Of a DNA stretch of 64,000 nucleotides, positions 17,685-30,179 are shown piece by piece. The notes below the pieces were generated by a model that worked only from the letters and a program-made list of their open reading frames with translations, did not search any database and was not told the DNA's origin. Source of the stretch: Balanoglossus misakiensis (taxonomy: Eukaryota > Animalia > Hemichordata); assembly GCA_040954595.2 (NCBI GenBank), contig CM082594.2, positions 9,800,296 to 9,864,295 of the forward strand, read 5' to 3'. Position numbers and translations under genes: made by a program. Positions within the stretch are counted from its first letter, which is position 1. Each line of letters starts with the position of its first letter.

Positions 17685-20600
17685 TGTAACAAGAAATCAC
17701 AGTCCCTTTGTGAAAAATATCGCATGGGGACCTGTTGGCTTTCGCACCAGCAACACTGTTGACCGTTATCTCGAGTGACTTGAAAAGATCACACCACATT
17801 CATTTAAGAATATCGATGTCTTTTTGTAATAATCTTGAACTTCACTTTACAAAGTCAATATTGACATGCAAATTCAAAGCCATTATGATATGGAATACCA
17901 CTGGCATGATGTCTTGGTACGACAGTTAAAATATTTGAGTAAAGAAATCTGGATAGATTGGATTAAATCCAAATATAATACTTTACACTGTTGAATATTG
18001 ACCAAATCTATTACATAAACAAGAAACCAATTACCTACAGGTTTGATATTAGTTTTTCTTCTATCGGAAATCGATCGGAAACAGAAAGTGTAATTTAAAA
18101 TGCGATAGCGGGTCACTTAATCTCTAGAAACCGTCAGTCTGTAAAAAATGTGTTGGATTTGTGCCGAGTGTTATACTCTATGGCAACTGCAATATTGAAA
18201 TAAAACGTCACGCTTTTAATCACTGAATCTATGGAGAGTCATTTAGTTAAATGATAGTCTATAAAAGACAGAAACTTATTTTTTTCTCTGATACTTCCCT
18301 TTATTTTTTGTTCACTTAAATTTCACATGAAATAAACATCTCTCAAAAGATCCTTATCTTAAACACTAAACACAAAAATTTCTAGCACCCTGTCTGCTAG
18401 AAAGTACTGTAGACAGCTTCCAAAATATACATGTTACTGATTACACATTTCTGCATGTTAAATTGGAAGTTTTAACATTCTGTGAAATCTTCATGTGTTC
18501 AAGAAGCAAAGTGTTCCTTGCCGTAAACATACTTAACACGATAGCGCTAATAATCTTGAATATTCTGATCGCTTCAAGATCAATTACGGAATGGACACTG
18601 CTTCTTGGACATACAAAGTTGTCAAATCAAACTTTACATTAGCACATAACCATCTAAATACCATCACTAACAATACTTTCTACGATCTGTGTTCTGGTTA
18701 GATAAATTAGCCATTTAAACAATAATTCCTCTCCCTCCCATACAAAGAATAGTCTAAACTACAGTAGAATTACACAAAGAAATCATACGTGTGTCTAGGC
18801 ACAGTAAAGGCTTGGCAGTACACTGACTGGATTGCTATACGCTTTTCATATTTTCTAGAAATAATACAAGATGCAGATACACTTGTACAAAACATAGGAT
18901 ATAATAGACACTGACATGAATTGTATTCTCAGAGTTTCTGTTGTTGTTTTTATGTAGTTACTTGAAGTGCGATTATCAGTGATGATATGTGACATTTTTA
19001 ACAACTGATTTAATATCATCCGACAGCCATGCTGACAAACACCAGTACTTGGTGAGTCCTGAGTATCCATGTCTGCTATACATGTACACATTTTAGATTT
19101 CCAGCCCTGTACTGTGTTATGTCTGATTGTGTGGATGATTTGGAAATGAAAGCAAATATTCCATACAGAGTGCAAGTCAGAAACAGATCAGTGATAAACC
19201 TAACCATTTTCATTTCAGCCATACTCACTGATAAAACCTGACAATTGAACAAGCAAAGAATTGAAAATGCTGTTCATTATTACCATTAACAGTACTCCTT
19301 CCTCCAATGTTACAAAATCATGAGTAAACAACAAAAAGTTTCACTTGAAGAAAACAGACATAAGTACAATGAAATCTGATATAACCTGGACACCAAATTT
19401 CAAAAACATCACCATGGAAACATGCTTTAATAAAAGAAAATGTCCAGTCAAATATAATACAAAATCACATTCCAGAATATGGAAAGTATTAATAAATTAC
19501 CATCATAAGAATTCATGCATATCTGAACAGGAAATGACAACTCCAAGCAGGTTGCAAGTTTGGAACAAAAGTCTCGCTAAACTAAGCATGGATAAATACA
19601 TGAATACTACCGATATGATATTCTTTGTCACATGGGTGTAATACAGGACTAATTGTCTGGTACAAGAGAAATATCTTAGGAGTTGAAAAGCTGCTGATCG
19701 ATCACAACTCCTGTAGAAATGTTTAGTTTGATGTCAAAACCAGATACTGACCTGACTAAAAAACTGTCAAACTCAATGAAAAATTTAAAAGTCAAAATTG
19801 ACAATAATCATACCCTCTATAAACCTGCTGATAACCCAGCAATCAATTTTGAGTCAAACAAAATTCATGCAATCAGTAGGCATGGTACAGCCCAATACTG
19901 AATGTTTATTTTACGTCTAATCAATGATGTCACTCCTTTGTAAGAGAATTCAAATACCAGAGATCCCGTACCGGTCGTTGCTAAGCCATTTTGAATGATG
20001 CATTATGGGTCTTACCCCTGACATATCAGCTGACTGAACCATTCTGACTGAAATGGCACCATTTCAAACACAACACAAAGTAATACTGACACTAAACTTG
20101 GCAATTTTAAATTATAATATTCTGCAGCTATCAGAGTATTTTTCTCATACTTGAATTTACATATGTACACTGCCGGTATTATTTTGAAGAAAACCAAAGG
20201 GAAAGTAAAGCAGATACATAATGTTTACACCAACATACCATAACATAAATATATTTTTGTTTATTCAGGATTAAATCACATTCACAACTGGATGGAAATG
20301 TTCTGCTGTATGTTTCCATGAAAAGCTATTTTTGAATGATACAAATTGTTTTCACTTCATTTTTCAGCAGAACCACAAAATATGTTCACCAAAGTCTACT
20401 ACGCCTATCAGTCCACAAAATTGTACAGAATTCATACACTTGAAGTCAATCACAATTTCAGCAATTGTCACAAGTTTCAAACATGTTTTTCACGTCAAAA
20501 TTGTATTTCTGGAGTACGTAAGCCGTTGTGAGTGATAATGCTTGCAATCCCCGAAGAAACCAATTTTCACGGAATCTAGTTTTAGTCTATGCCCCATTGC

Positions 20601-21037
20601 ACCTCCCTCAAAGTAAACCTGCAATGTTAATATGCCTATGACACACACAATATTTGAGCATGTCAATTTAATTTAAAATAAATCAATAGAGTTAAATAAG
20701 TAACACTGGTACTCAGTGGTGTCTTTTTAAAAACAATGATAGCTTTTTTGAGACATCCACTTTCCATAAAGCATTAATTTTTTTTACTTTGGTAGACATT
20801 GATTTTAAATAAGTCCCATTTCTATCAATAATTGTATAATACAAAACCTTTCAAACACATATCAGGACATAGGAAAAGCAGATGAACCAGGAACAAACAC
20901 AAGGTTTTCTTTGACTAATGTATTTCTGAAAGCTGACACTCACTTACGGGTATACTTGAGGCCAGTTTGTACTAAACTGCTCCCTGTTGGCTTGGGTTGA
21001 ATTGTACAATGCAGACACTATCTAGATAAAACTGCTA

Positions 21038-23818
21038 CTATAAGAAAGCACTTGGATTAGCTCTTGGGTCTTTCTGATTCCTATACCGCACCGCTAACCA
21101 AACTCCAAGCAGCTAGAACACAAAAATAAAGAAAATGAGATTAATAATAGTTATTTTTGTTCTAAACCAATATGATCACAGCCGGCATTTTTGGCTGACA
21201 ACCGGCTGTCTTTGCCAGCTGCTAGCTATTTCTACCACAAAGGTATTATTCATCACAATGTCTAATGCACCGTTATGGTGTGATCTTGGGGATCAGAGGT
21301 AAATGGAAGGCTATACATACCTCTGTGAAACTGAAGAAAAGACCAATACCACCACTATATCTTAGTGCATCCACCATTTTTGGTTCAATGACGCTCAAAC
21401 ATGAAGGGCATGCCCCACAAGTTGTTGCACTCTCCTCTTTACAACACGCCTATAAAATCAAAAAGAGAAATACATTTTTGAAGACATGAGGAAGTGAAAG
21501 GTCACGTACTGTTCTTGTTGTACCACTTAACTAGCCATTCAAATGACGATAAACTGAAAGATGAGGTTTCCACTCCAATCAATGTAAAAAGGCCACCTGT
21601 CTATAAAGGCCACTTCAGGAAAGCCCCTTGATTGGCTGCTATATACAGGTACTCACAACATCATCACATGGAGGGTGTCCCATAAGTGGATCAGTATCAT
21701 TCATGGACAACATTCCACAGCAACTAAACTGCATCTGTGCTTCTTGCTTGGTTTTGTCCGATGATGACTTCCATCCTGACACTAGTAACTGTCTTCTGGC
21801 ATTCTCATCCAAAGCCAAACATGCACAAGATATGGCAAATTGCAACAGGAATACTAAAAACAGAATAATCATATACTGTGACTATGTTAAGGAACCCAAC
21901 AGCATGTGTTATGTTGCCAAAATTATCAATAAAATATAGATGCCAAACATGAACAATTGTGCTGTGATAAGTGAAGTGTGAAGGTCCCTGAAATGATGAT
22001 AGCGATCTCAGCTACTTTCACTTTCAAAGGATACAAAGAAAAGTAAAACTTGATGATGTTTGACAGCTCCTACAAGTCCAACAAGTGCTACAAGGAATAG
22101 GAACACTCCACATGCTATGATTCCTCCTATGATGGCTATACTAGTCACGATAGCCATAATTCGACCATAGGCTGCTACTCCAATCAAAATGAATGACACC
22201 AGCTGTGAAGACAATAAAAACAAAGATTGTTAAAAATCATACGTGAATTCAATGCTTATCATCAAGGTACAGTAAAACCTGTCTATACTGAACACCCTTT
22301 CCAGTCCCTTTCACATAGAACCGCATGTTAAAAGGACCTCTATAAACCAGAAACCTCTGTAGACTGAACAATTTCTTCAGTCCCTTTGGTGTTCGGTTTA
22401 ACCGGGTTTTACAGTACACATTGGCAAAATTTGATTAGAGCCTATTAAAGACTCAAGTAGTCCTATCCGGGAAATAGATTTGGACCAGATGATGCCAACA
22501 TTGACTTGCATGAATTAATGTTCAAATCTAAAAAAGGAAGGCTTTAGAAAGATTGGCACATCTGGCGTTTCCGGTAAATCATGTGTTCATTGTCATATGG
22601 ACATGTGCATTTTGTACAGTGTTACATTCAGTGAATGAAGCAACCATTTAAATATCCCTTTGTACTCTTTGTGAGATTATTAACTGATTGCGTATAGTGG
22701 TAACTGTCGAATATATGTGTAAGCGCCTGATTTTGATTTATCAAAACCATCGCCAATGATTCAAAAAGTGACTGTCAAAGGCAACATGGCTTGATATTGG
22801 GGGGGGGGATCCAAAACGAAGGTCAGTGGATAAATTTTGGTAAATAAAATCTAAAGAGATACTGTTACTAAGGCCTACCTTGGAAACTTAATCAGCTGAT
22901 ATAGGCCCTATGATGATTGATATGTTTATTATTATCATTATCAGGTGTAACAAAGGTTTAAATTCCCTATTTTGATACAAAGACTGGACAATGGGTAGTT
23001 GTAAATGAACTTCAATAATAATGTAATTTCAATAATAAAATGTATGTATATCAGACAGCGTGAACTCAATGACCTTACATGCATGACTGGGATGAACTGA
23101 AGACTGTTTGTGTTGACAGGAACTGATAAGGAAAGAGTATCAAATACATGTACACTCTATTCCAGAATTGACCCTGGCTGGATGGGAGGTCACCAATATG
23201 ATTGTATGCAAACGAGTCTGAAGTATTTCGTTCCAATGTACTAATATCTAGTCATGTACTATTTCTGCACAGTCATGTGCATTTGATACAGACATAAAAC
23301 CATCCACCTATAGAAATTCATCACAGATCTATTTGAGAAATAAATGTTGCGCGGTTCCTATTAATACTCACGAGCAAGTGGCATGGAAACTTTCTGATAA
23401 ATGAGGAAGTGTTATTTGGATTAGATCATTCTCAGACAATAACATTTTCTTTACCCCGGAAGTGTTATGCTACGATCCATGTGCGAACGACATGATCATA
23501 TCAAGACACCGATGGGGATTCTGTATAACTGATACACAATATTTATAAAAATCGGGCCAGGTTATTATTTTTATAACGCCCCGAACTATTGGTGAGAAGA
23601 TCATCGGTACTCAACGAGAGGAAAGATACAATTTGCTCTTTTACTATTACAATGCTGTACAATTTATTCGCAGCCACGTCAGCTGTACACGAGCCGAGTG
23701 CTACGTACGATAACATGATTGTGGCGATGGAGACGAAAGGATAGGAGATACTCACGATGTACAGAATATTGAGTGCCGCAAGGGCATTCTTGCTACAGGC
23801 AAAACCACCGCACGGCAT
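21038..23818 (-). CDS. TSPAN13: Tetraspanin 13/31 family (5 exons)
   Basis: [21 protein letters not shown]; [31 protein letters not shown]; [12 protein letters not shown]; CCG motif; [11 protein letters not shown]; C-terminus [14 protein letters not shown] (TAG 21038-21040). Could equally be labelled TSPAN31. Confidence 0.95.
22270..22414. mobile_element. Tc1/mariner-pogo type MITE with TA target duplication
   Basis: TA-CAGTAAAACC ... GGTTTTACAG-TA (one mismatch in the terminal 10 bp) with internal repeats of acct(g/c)tctat. Similar degenerate fragments near 21593-21650 and 60090-60150. Confidence 0.7.
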
Positions 23819-23922
23819 CGTTGTAGGCTGTTACAGGCACCCCAAAGTCGAGAAAAATTAATTTGTTAGGCTTTTCTGGCAGACAATTGGTAATACTGTC
23901 TGCTGCCTGATTCCATAGGAGG

Positions 23923-23984
23923 AAAATGGCGACTGGTATTGTAGCCTCGCTTTGGTAACACCTGTCTCAATGTGGATGACGTCA
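23923..23984. promoter_or_regulatory. YY1-like (AAAATGGCG) and full CRE (TGACGTCA) motifs upstream of tetraspanin
   Basis: AAAATGGCG at 23923-23931 and TGACGTCA at 23977-23984, about 105-165 bp upstream of the ATG. Motif match only. Confidence 0.35.
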
Positions 23985-26149
23985 TGGTTCATCCTCGTGT
24001 GTATGATGCCATTGTCATTATTATACCAGGGTCATTATTATACGTGGCTGCTCCATGATTATACCACAGACGGCAAAACTGGATATTCCCGTATTTCGAA
24101 ACTCGGCTCTCCTTAAGGATGTACCATTTGATTTCTGGGCTGAAGGATTTTTGAGGAAAAACTGTTTGAAGAAAAAAAATTGCTTCACAGTCACTGTTTG
24201 GAACAGTGCATTGTCATGAAAATTAGCCAATATTCAATCAGAAAACCCTGACTAGAATTTAAAACATCAGTTTAAAACATTTGTTTGTCTCACTTAGGTA
24301 ATACCAGAAACTAGAAAATCTGCCACATGAGGGCGCTCCGGCACTCCCAGATACTTATACATCGCAATTCATGAATTGCTTCCTAAACCCCTGTTAAAAT
24401 CAGAATACGCACAGTTAAATCTAAATGAGAGTCATATACAGGTGATAGAGTTTGCTACTCGCTTCGACGCATTCTGGCATAATGCCCAAATTTCTTGTCA
24501 GACCATATGCTGTCGATTCGTTATATAACCAAGCGACAGTCTCTGGGCACAAGCGTCATATCCGATGTGATTTGGAGCACAAGCCGGACAATTCTCCTTT
24601 GCATTTCTGCCGGTGAAGTCTACTTTCCATAGATAAGGCAGTTCGGACCTGCTGTTGATAGGACTTGTTGAGGAAAACGGGAAACAGATTGTTTTCACGG
24701 ACGTGACGGGAAATTTGTCAAGGTTGCAAGGCTTGTATAAAAAATGGAATTCTGTTGATATTTGAAGCGATGCCAAAAGAATGATAAATTGGCAAAAACA
24801 CAGTGCTAAATTATGCTTCCTTGTCAATTGTCAGCAAATCGTAGTCTCCTGTGATTAAACAACTGGCAAACAAATGTCCGGTCGGAGAGAACGTGCAGAG
24901 AACCGCCACAATTCGTGTCATTAACTGCTTGTCATTCAAACAGATCAGAGTTCGATTTTAAACTCATTAAATGCGCCAATATTTGCTCAACAGACATCAT
25001 TAGTGCACGTGACATTTGAATTATTGATTGCTGTATTAACTGGATGGTTTTAGTTATTAAAATTTGTAAAACAATATGTTTTTCTGCGTTGATGAAGGCC
25101 AGGTAATGTTGAAGAAGCTTTGGTTTCAAAACGACATTGAAACGATGCCATCGTGATAAATTCATTTTTGCAAGAAAACGATTAACGGTTTGTTTGCTGC
25201 CATATAACACACATCATAAGTTGAATTCATCATTCGTTGGAGCAATATTAATCCATCCTGTACAGTTCAAGGAAGGGTTCTGTCGAGATGAGTCATTCAT
25301 GAAAATTGTTGATGGAGAGTTGATTCTCCAAGTGGCCTTGGATACAGAGACAACCACCATTGATGGTTAAAACATGCAAATTGTTTTGATCACGCACATT
25401 TTGAAGACGTTCACCTCGTTTTTTTTTATATTTCCCCCAAACTCGGCCCCCGAACTCGGAAAGTACGAGTTTAATTACCTACACCCGTGTTAGAGTTTAA
25501 GGGAGTCGACATAACTTACGGCCAGGGGGTCAGGGCAATTATGTAGCCTACAATCCCGAAATTGGGATTACCCTTGCTTTACTTGAGAAATTTGAGCACA
25601 TTTTCATTAATTTGTAAATACAGAAATTGTGAACGACCCCATCACCCAAAACTTTGATGGGGTAGCGATTACGGAAAATGTCTTTTCAGATATAATGATG
25701 TTAACACATGCCTACAGCTACTCCGACTTCCTCGTATATTTTAGTTCATCTGCAAAACTTAAAGTGAATATATCCCTTGTAGCAGCTGAAATTTTAGAGG
25801 ACCCTAGTGGCTTTGATAGTGACCCCGCTTCGTCCACCCTCCAACAGCTCGTAAAAGTGACGGCACCCTTGGTACTTTTTTTGTCGAGGGGACCACTTCA
25901 ATATTGTGGCACGAAACTAGCGCCCTCCCACGTCACATGATTTATTAATAATGTATATTATCCGAGGTCTATTCCCAAGAAAGGAAGGTGAAGGCGGCGG
26001 TGGCACCATCAATCATTCGTAGTCGATAAATACGACCGACCGTCAAGGCACAGAGCTCAGACATCGGAGTTCATCCAGCCACACATCACATCCAACAAGA
26101 GATCCGCGCGGGCGCCGCACACAACTTCGCAGTTCTTCCCATCAGCACA

Positions 26150-27607
26150 ATGTCTGACGCCGCTCTGAAATCCGCCCTCGAAGACTGGCTGAAGAAATTC
26201 CAAGAATTCTTCGTGGCTGGTGACACCAAGGCCTTAGCGGAGACACTTTTCACGGAAGATGCCGCGATGCTGGCGCCGGGGTTCGAAGTGCAACTCAAGA
26301 GAGAAGGTGGGTGTCTGTGTTTAATCGTCTCAATGAACTGATTCTGTTATAAAAGTGACTGCCCCATAACATTCCTGCAAAGTCAACAATGTAAAAGACG
26401 TATCAGTGAAAAGATAAATCTGGCCAATTGGTTTTGTAGTACAGCAGAGCTCGTAAAAATGTTACACTTCACGACCCTACATCGATGAAATTTTTTAGAA
26501 ATGTTAATGGCTAACAGGCCACGTATCGATAATGTTCTTCTTGAATAGCGTTGCTCCAGGGATCATTACAGTAATAGTGTTTGGTCTAGACTTTAAGTGC
26601 TCGTCGAGTAAAAAGTAATTACCCGAAGCGTGTTTCCAAGTGTAATATTTCTGTTGGGCCATATTTGTCATCGAGTATTACTACCAAATCTATAGATTAT
26701 TAATTCCGATTATGTTCCTCTCAAATTATGACCTGGAAATTTTATTGGAAAAGGTTTGCGCGAAATGCCTAAAATGTCATAACATATGTAGCCTAATTAA
26801 AAGTAATTTTATATTTTACCATTGAGTCAAATTTCCGTTGTGCGAAAATATACCAGTGAATGTACCGCGTCAAAAGTTGCCGGATACCAGTTTTCTCACT
26901 CACACTGAAGTCCACGAGTAAGGTATACTTTAAAAGCATGTTTCCAGTTTTGGTTACCGAATAATTGACAGAGCCGAGAAACACTGGCCCCTTTGTAAGG
27001 TTCGACAGGTAGCATATTGAGGTGAATGCGTTAAGTGTTTAATTACAATTCACAAGTCAGAAAATGAAAAGCACAGTGAAAACGTTGTTCATTATTTTCT
27101 CAATGGTGATGACGAACACGTACAGTTTCTCATGTCGGGAGAGCCGTGGCTACTTCCCAGACTTAAATTACCAGAACGAGCCCCACCAATGACTTTGCTA
27201 ATCAAATACGTAATACATCACTGTCGGCGACAGTTAATTGCATTTCTATTTAGTTATGCTGTGTGCTTATTTTTATTCCCTAATGTTATTTATCCACCTA
27301 TCAGTCTGTGTCAGATTCGCGGGTGACCATGAAAATAATGACTCCGGTATTTCTCCACACTGTTTGAATTGCAGGCGTAGCCGGAGTCTTATCGGAGATG
27401 AAATCCGCCGGCGTACATAATATGCTTTTTGAAATTCTGGACTTTGGCTGCAGCAGTGACGGTGCATTGGTGCATCAACGCTCCTCCTATACCATGGTGA
27501 AGGCGGACGGCTCTACAATTGAAGTCGGCAAATATCTGGCAGTAATCAAGAAGATAGGCGATGCTTATTTCTACTACAACGTCTGTTTCAACAAAGACTC
27601 CAAGTAA
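26150..27607 (+). CDS. SnoaL/NTF2-like (DUF4440, ketosteroid-isomerase-like fold) protein, 129 aa, 2 exons
   Basis: Exon 26150-26306 (..FVAGDTKALAETLFTEDAAMLAPG..REG|gtgggt) joins in frame to exon 27375-27607 (..SSYTMVKADGSTIEVGKYLAVIKKIGDAY..). The pattern GD..ala.lftEDA.l.aPG ... G.y...dG....GKYl.v.kk is typical of this family. Confidence 0.82.
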
Positions 27608-30179
27608 TTGTCAACGAGCATCGATTCACTCTGGCCATCTCTTGATTGTTGCGACCAGACGGTGCTTGTTCCTCTGGACAGATTCTTGTTGACTCGTCCA
27701 ATGTTTCAATATCAAGTGATAATTGTACCATTATTAGACAATCGTAATGTCATAATCTTCTAATAAGTGTATTGTCACCGGAGGAATTGCAATAAATTTT
27801 TCAAGTTCAGAAATACTTTTTGGGAGTGTTCATTTCCTTCAATTTAAAAAAAAATGTCTCGACAGGTGATATTAAAATCAATATCAGTATATTGAGTATG
27901 TAATCTCGCCTTATTACATTCATTTGATGAATTACGTCACGTCTGGAAAATGGCTGTGTATTTTGCTTAATGTACAGACAATAATTTGTATGGTAATTAA
28001 TTGAAGAAGTCTGGCCAAGGCGTTAATTTACATGGAAATTTCTCGGAAAATCGGAGATGTAGATATCCTGCTGTATCGTAAAGCGTGACGTCACGTCAAA
28101 GAATTGCGTAACGTAATATTTAATAGATGTATGATATTCTATCTACGCATTGCACCGACTCGTGGTAAGTGTATATCGCCGTCCCGGGGAGGCCTGCGTA
28201 AGGTACCATTGATTGATTTATGGGCAGATTTTTAATAGAGTGGACCGCGTTACAAACATGTGTTTAGTTTTCTTCCCCCGTACGTTCACTTGATTCGAAA
28301 GGTTACCATAGTTACAAAGCACCCGTTTCTAACCAGAAATAATCCAAGAATGGGCAGCGTTGGTCATTCAGCTGATCCTATTTACCGATGTAATTAGCAC
28401 GTGCTATTTTGACGTGGACGTCGCGTCATCCGTCTGCGTCTCGCGTTTTCTCGGCAACTCTGGCAACGGATCCATTCACTTCTGTCTCATTCCTATGCAA
28501 ATTGAAAGTTATCTCATTCCGCCAGGAAACAACAAATATCCGGTACTGAGTAAGACCAACTGAAACAGGAGAATACTTGTCTGGGTTGAAACTAGCCTGG
28601 TATCCAGACCGCGGTGTGTTTGGTTGAAACCCAAAGACATATTCATTGGTGCACACACTGTGCTGTGCATGTACTACATTCAGGATACACATGACAACGT
28701 GACTGCGGACGATCAATTTCCAACTGCCATGTCTTCATATTGTCTACAACAGTAAAAGTATAATTTTGCTGGCCATGAGAATTTTCCCTTCCATATTTCA
28801 AATAATTTATTTACTCGCTCAGTTTGTAAATTTCCAACCATGAATGGTCTTTGCGGGAACAGGCGAAGAAGGATAGAAATTCGAGTTTTATGAATGGGGC
28901 ACATGTGTGCTGATGATTTATAGCCACATTCATACCAGGGTCAAAAGTCAAAGCATCGAGCAAATTACAATCATCAACATAGATTCAACAGAAAATACTC
29001 GCCTCGTCGACAAACCTTTACCAAGCAGATACTTGGTTTATCCAGAAAACAACTTTAGCCAGACGAGGTGTATAGCACTGTCAACGAAGATGATTTTTCC
29101 ATACCTTCATGTCCATTCACATAGCTCAGACGTTGAGATCAAAGGTTACTGTTTTAATTCTCTGAAGCGAAATAGACATAATGATATCCATTTCATATAT
29201 AATTATGTTTCTAGGCTATGGTATTCGTGCCCTCGGATGAACTTTGCAGCGTTTGGAGATTGACAGACAAGCTCTCCTTAATTGAATAGTTTTATGCCTA
29301 CATTTCTACAGTGCCCACATGCTTTATTATTCCCTGCGTTCATCATCATTCCAAAGGAATGACTGAGAGTCTTTCACCCATGAACCGACGTGTGTGGCAA
29401 GTCTGCAGGATGTATAGGATGCCTGGCTGGATAAATGCTAGCTTTCAAATACCCATTAGTTTCACTCTGAGCACAGCTATTCCTGCTATCTCTACCCTAT
29501 ACGCACTGAAAAAATAAAAATAAAATATAGATGTGCATCATTCATGTATTTTTGCTGAAGGGCTCGATTTACAAAGGTGAAATATTATTGCTTTGCTAAA
29601 TCGTTTTATAGGTTGTTTTATTTACGCAAGTAATTTTCACTGTAATGAAATGAGAAATCATGGAAATGATACCGAGGATTGCGTTTTATGAGCTCTTTGA
29701 AACACGATAACTCATATACTATCATCTTTAAATTGTTATGCACTGTGAAATGGATGTATCGCAGCAGTTAAATTATCCAAAGCACGTTGTCCAAAGTTTG
29801 TGAAGTCATGGTGGTCGAGTTACCACTTCCTTGCTATGCGAGTCTTCCATGAGATTTGTTTCGGCCTCGAGTTGGAGGGACAGAGTTATGTATGTGATGT
29901 ACACTATTTGTGAAACCACACATTTTGTTTGGCTAGACGTTTAGGAATGTTGACACGATACCTTGCCAGAATAAATTGTTTGTTCAAACCTATACTGTAC
30001 TCTCGATTGTCGTTCAAGAAGTTTCATCGTAATTCTCATTTGAGGCCGTAGAGGGCTCTATCAGTCTTCGTATACACTAGGGCTTCCCTGGTTTAGAGTC
30101 GCACATGCTGAATTTCCATATTTACATAACCACTTCTTAATTATCAATTCATGGAGCTAGCTCCATGGTCAATTCTACA

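Noticed and set aside
18200-21037. About 2.8 kb without credible exons downstream of tetraspanin
   Set aside because: Probably a long 3' UTR plus intergenic DNA; the short ORFs are AT-rich noise and no structure was evident.
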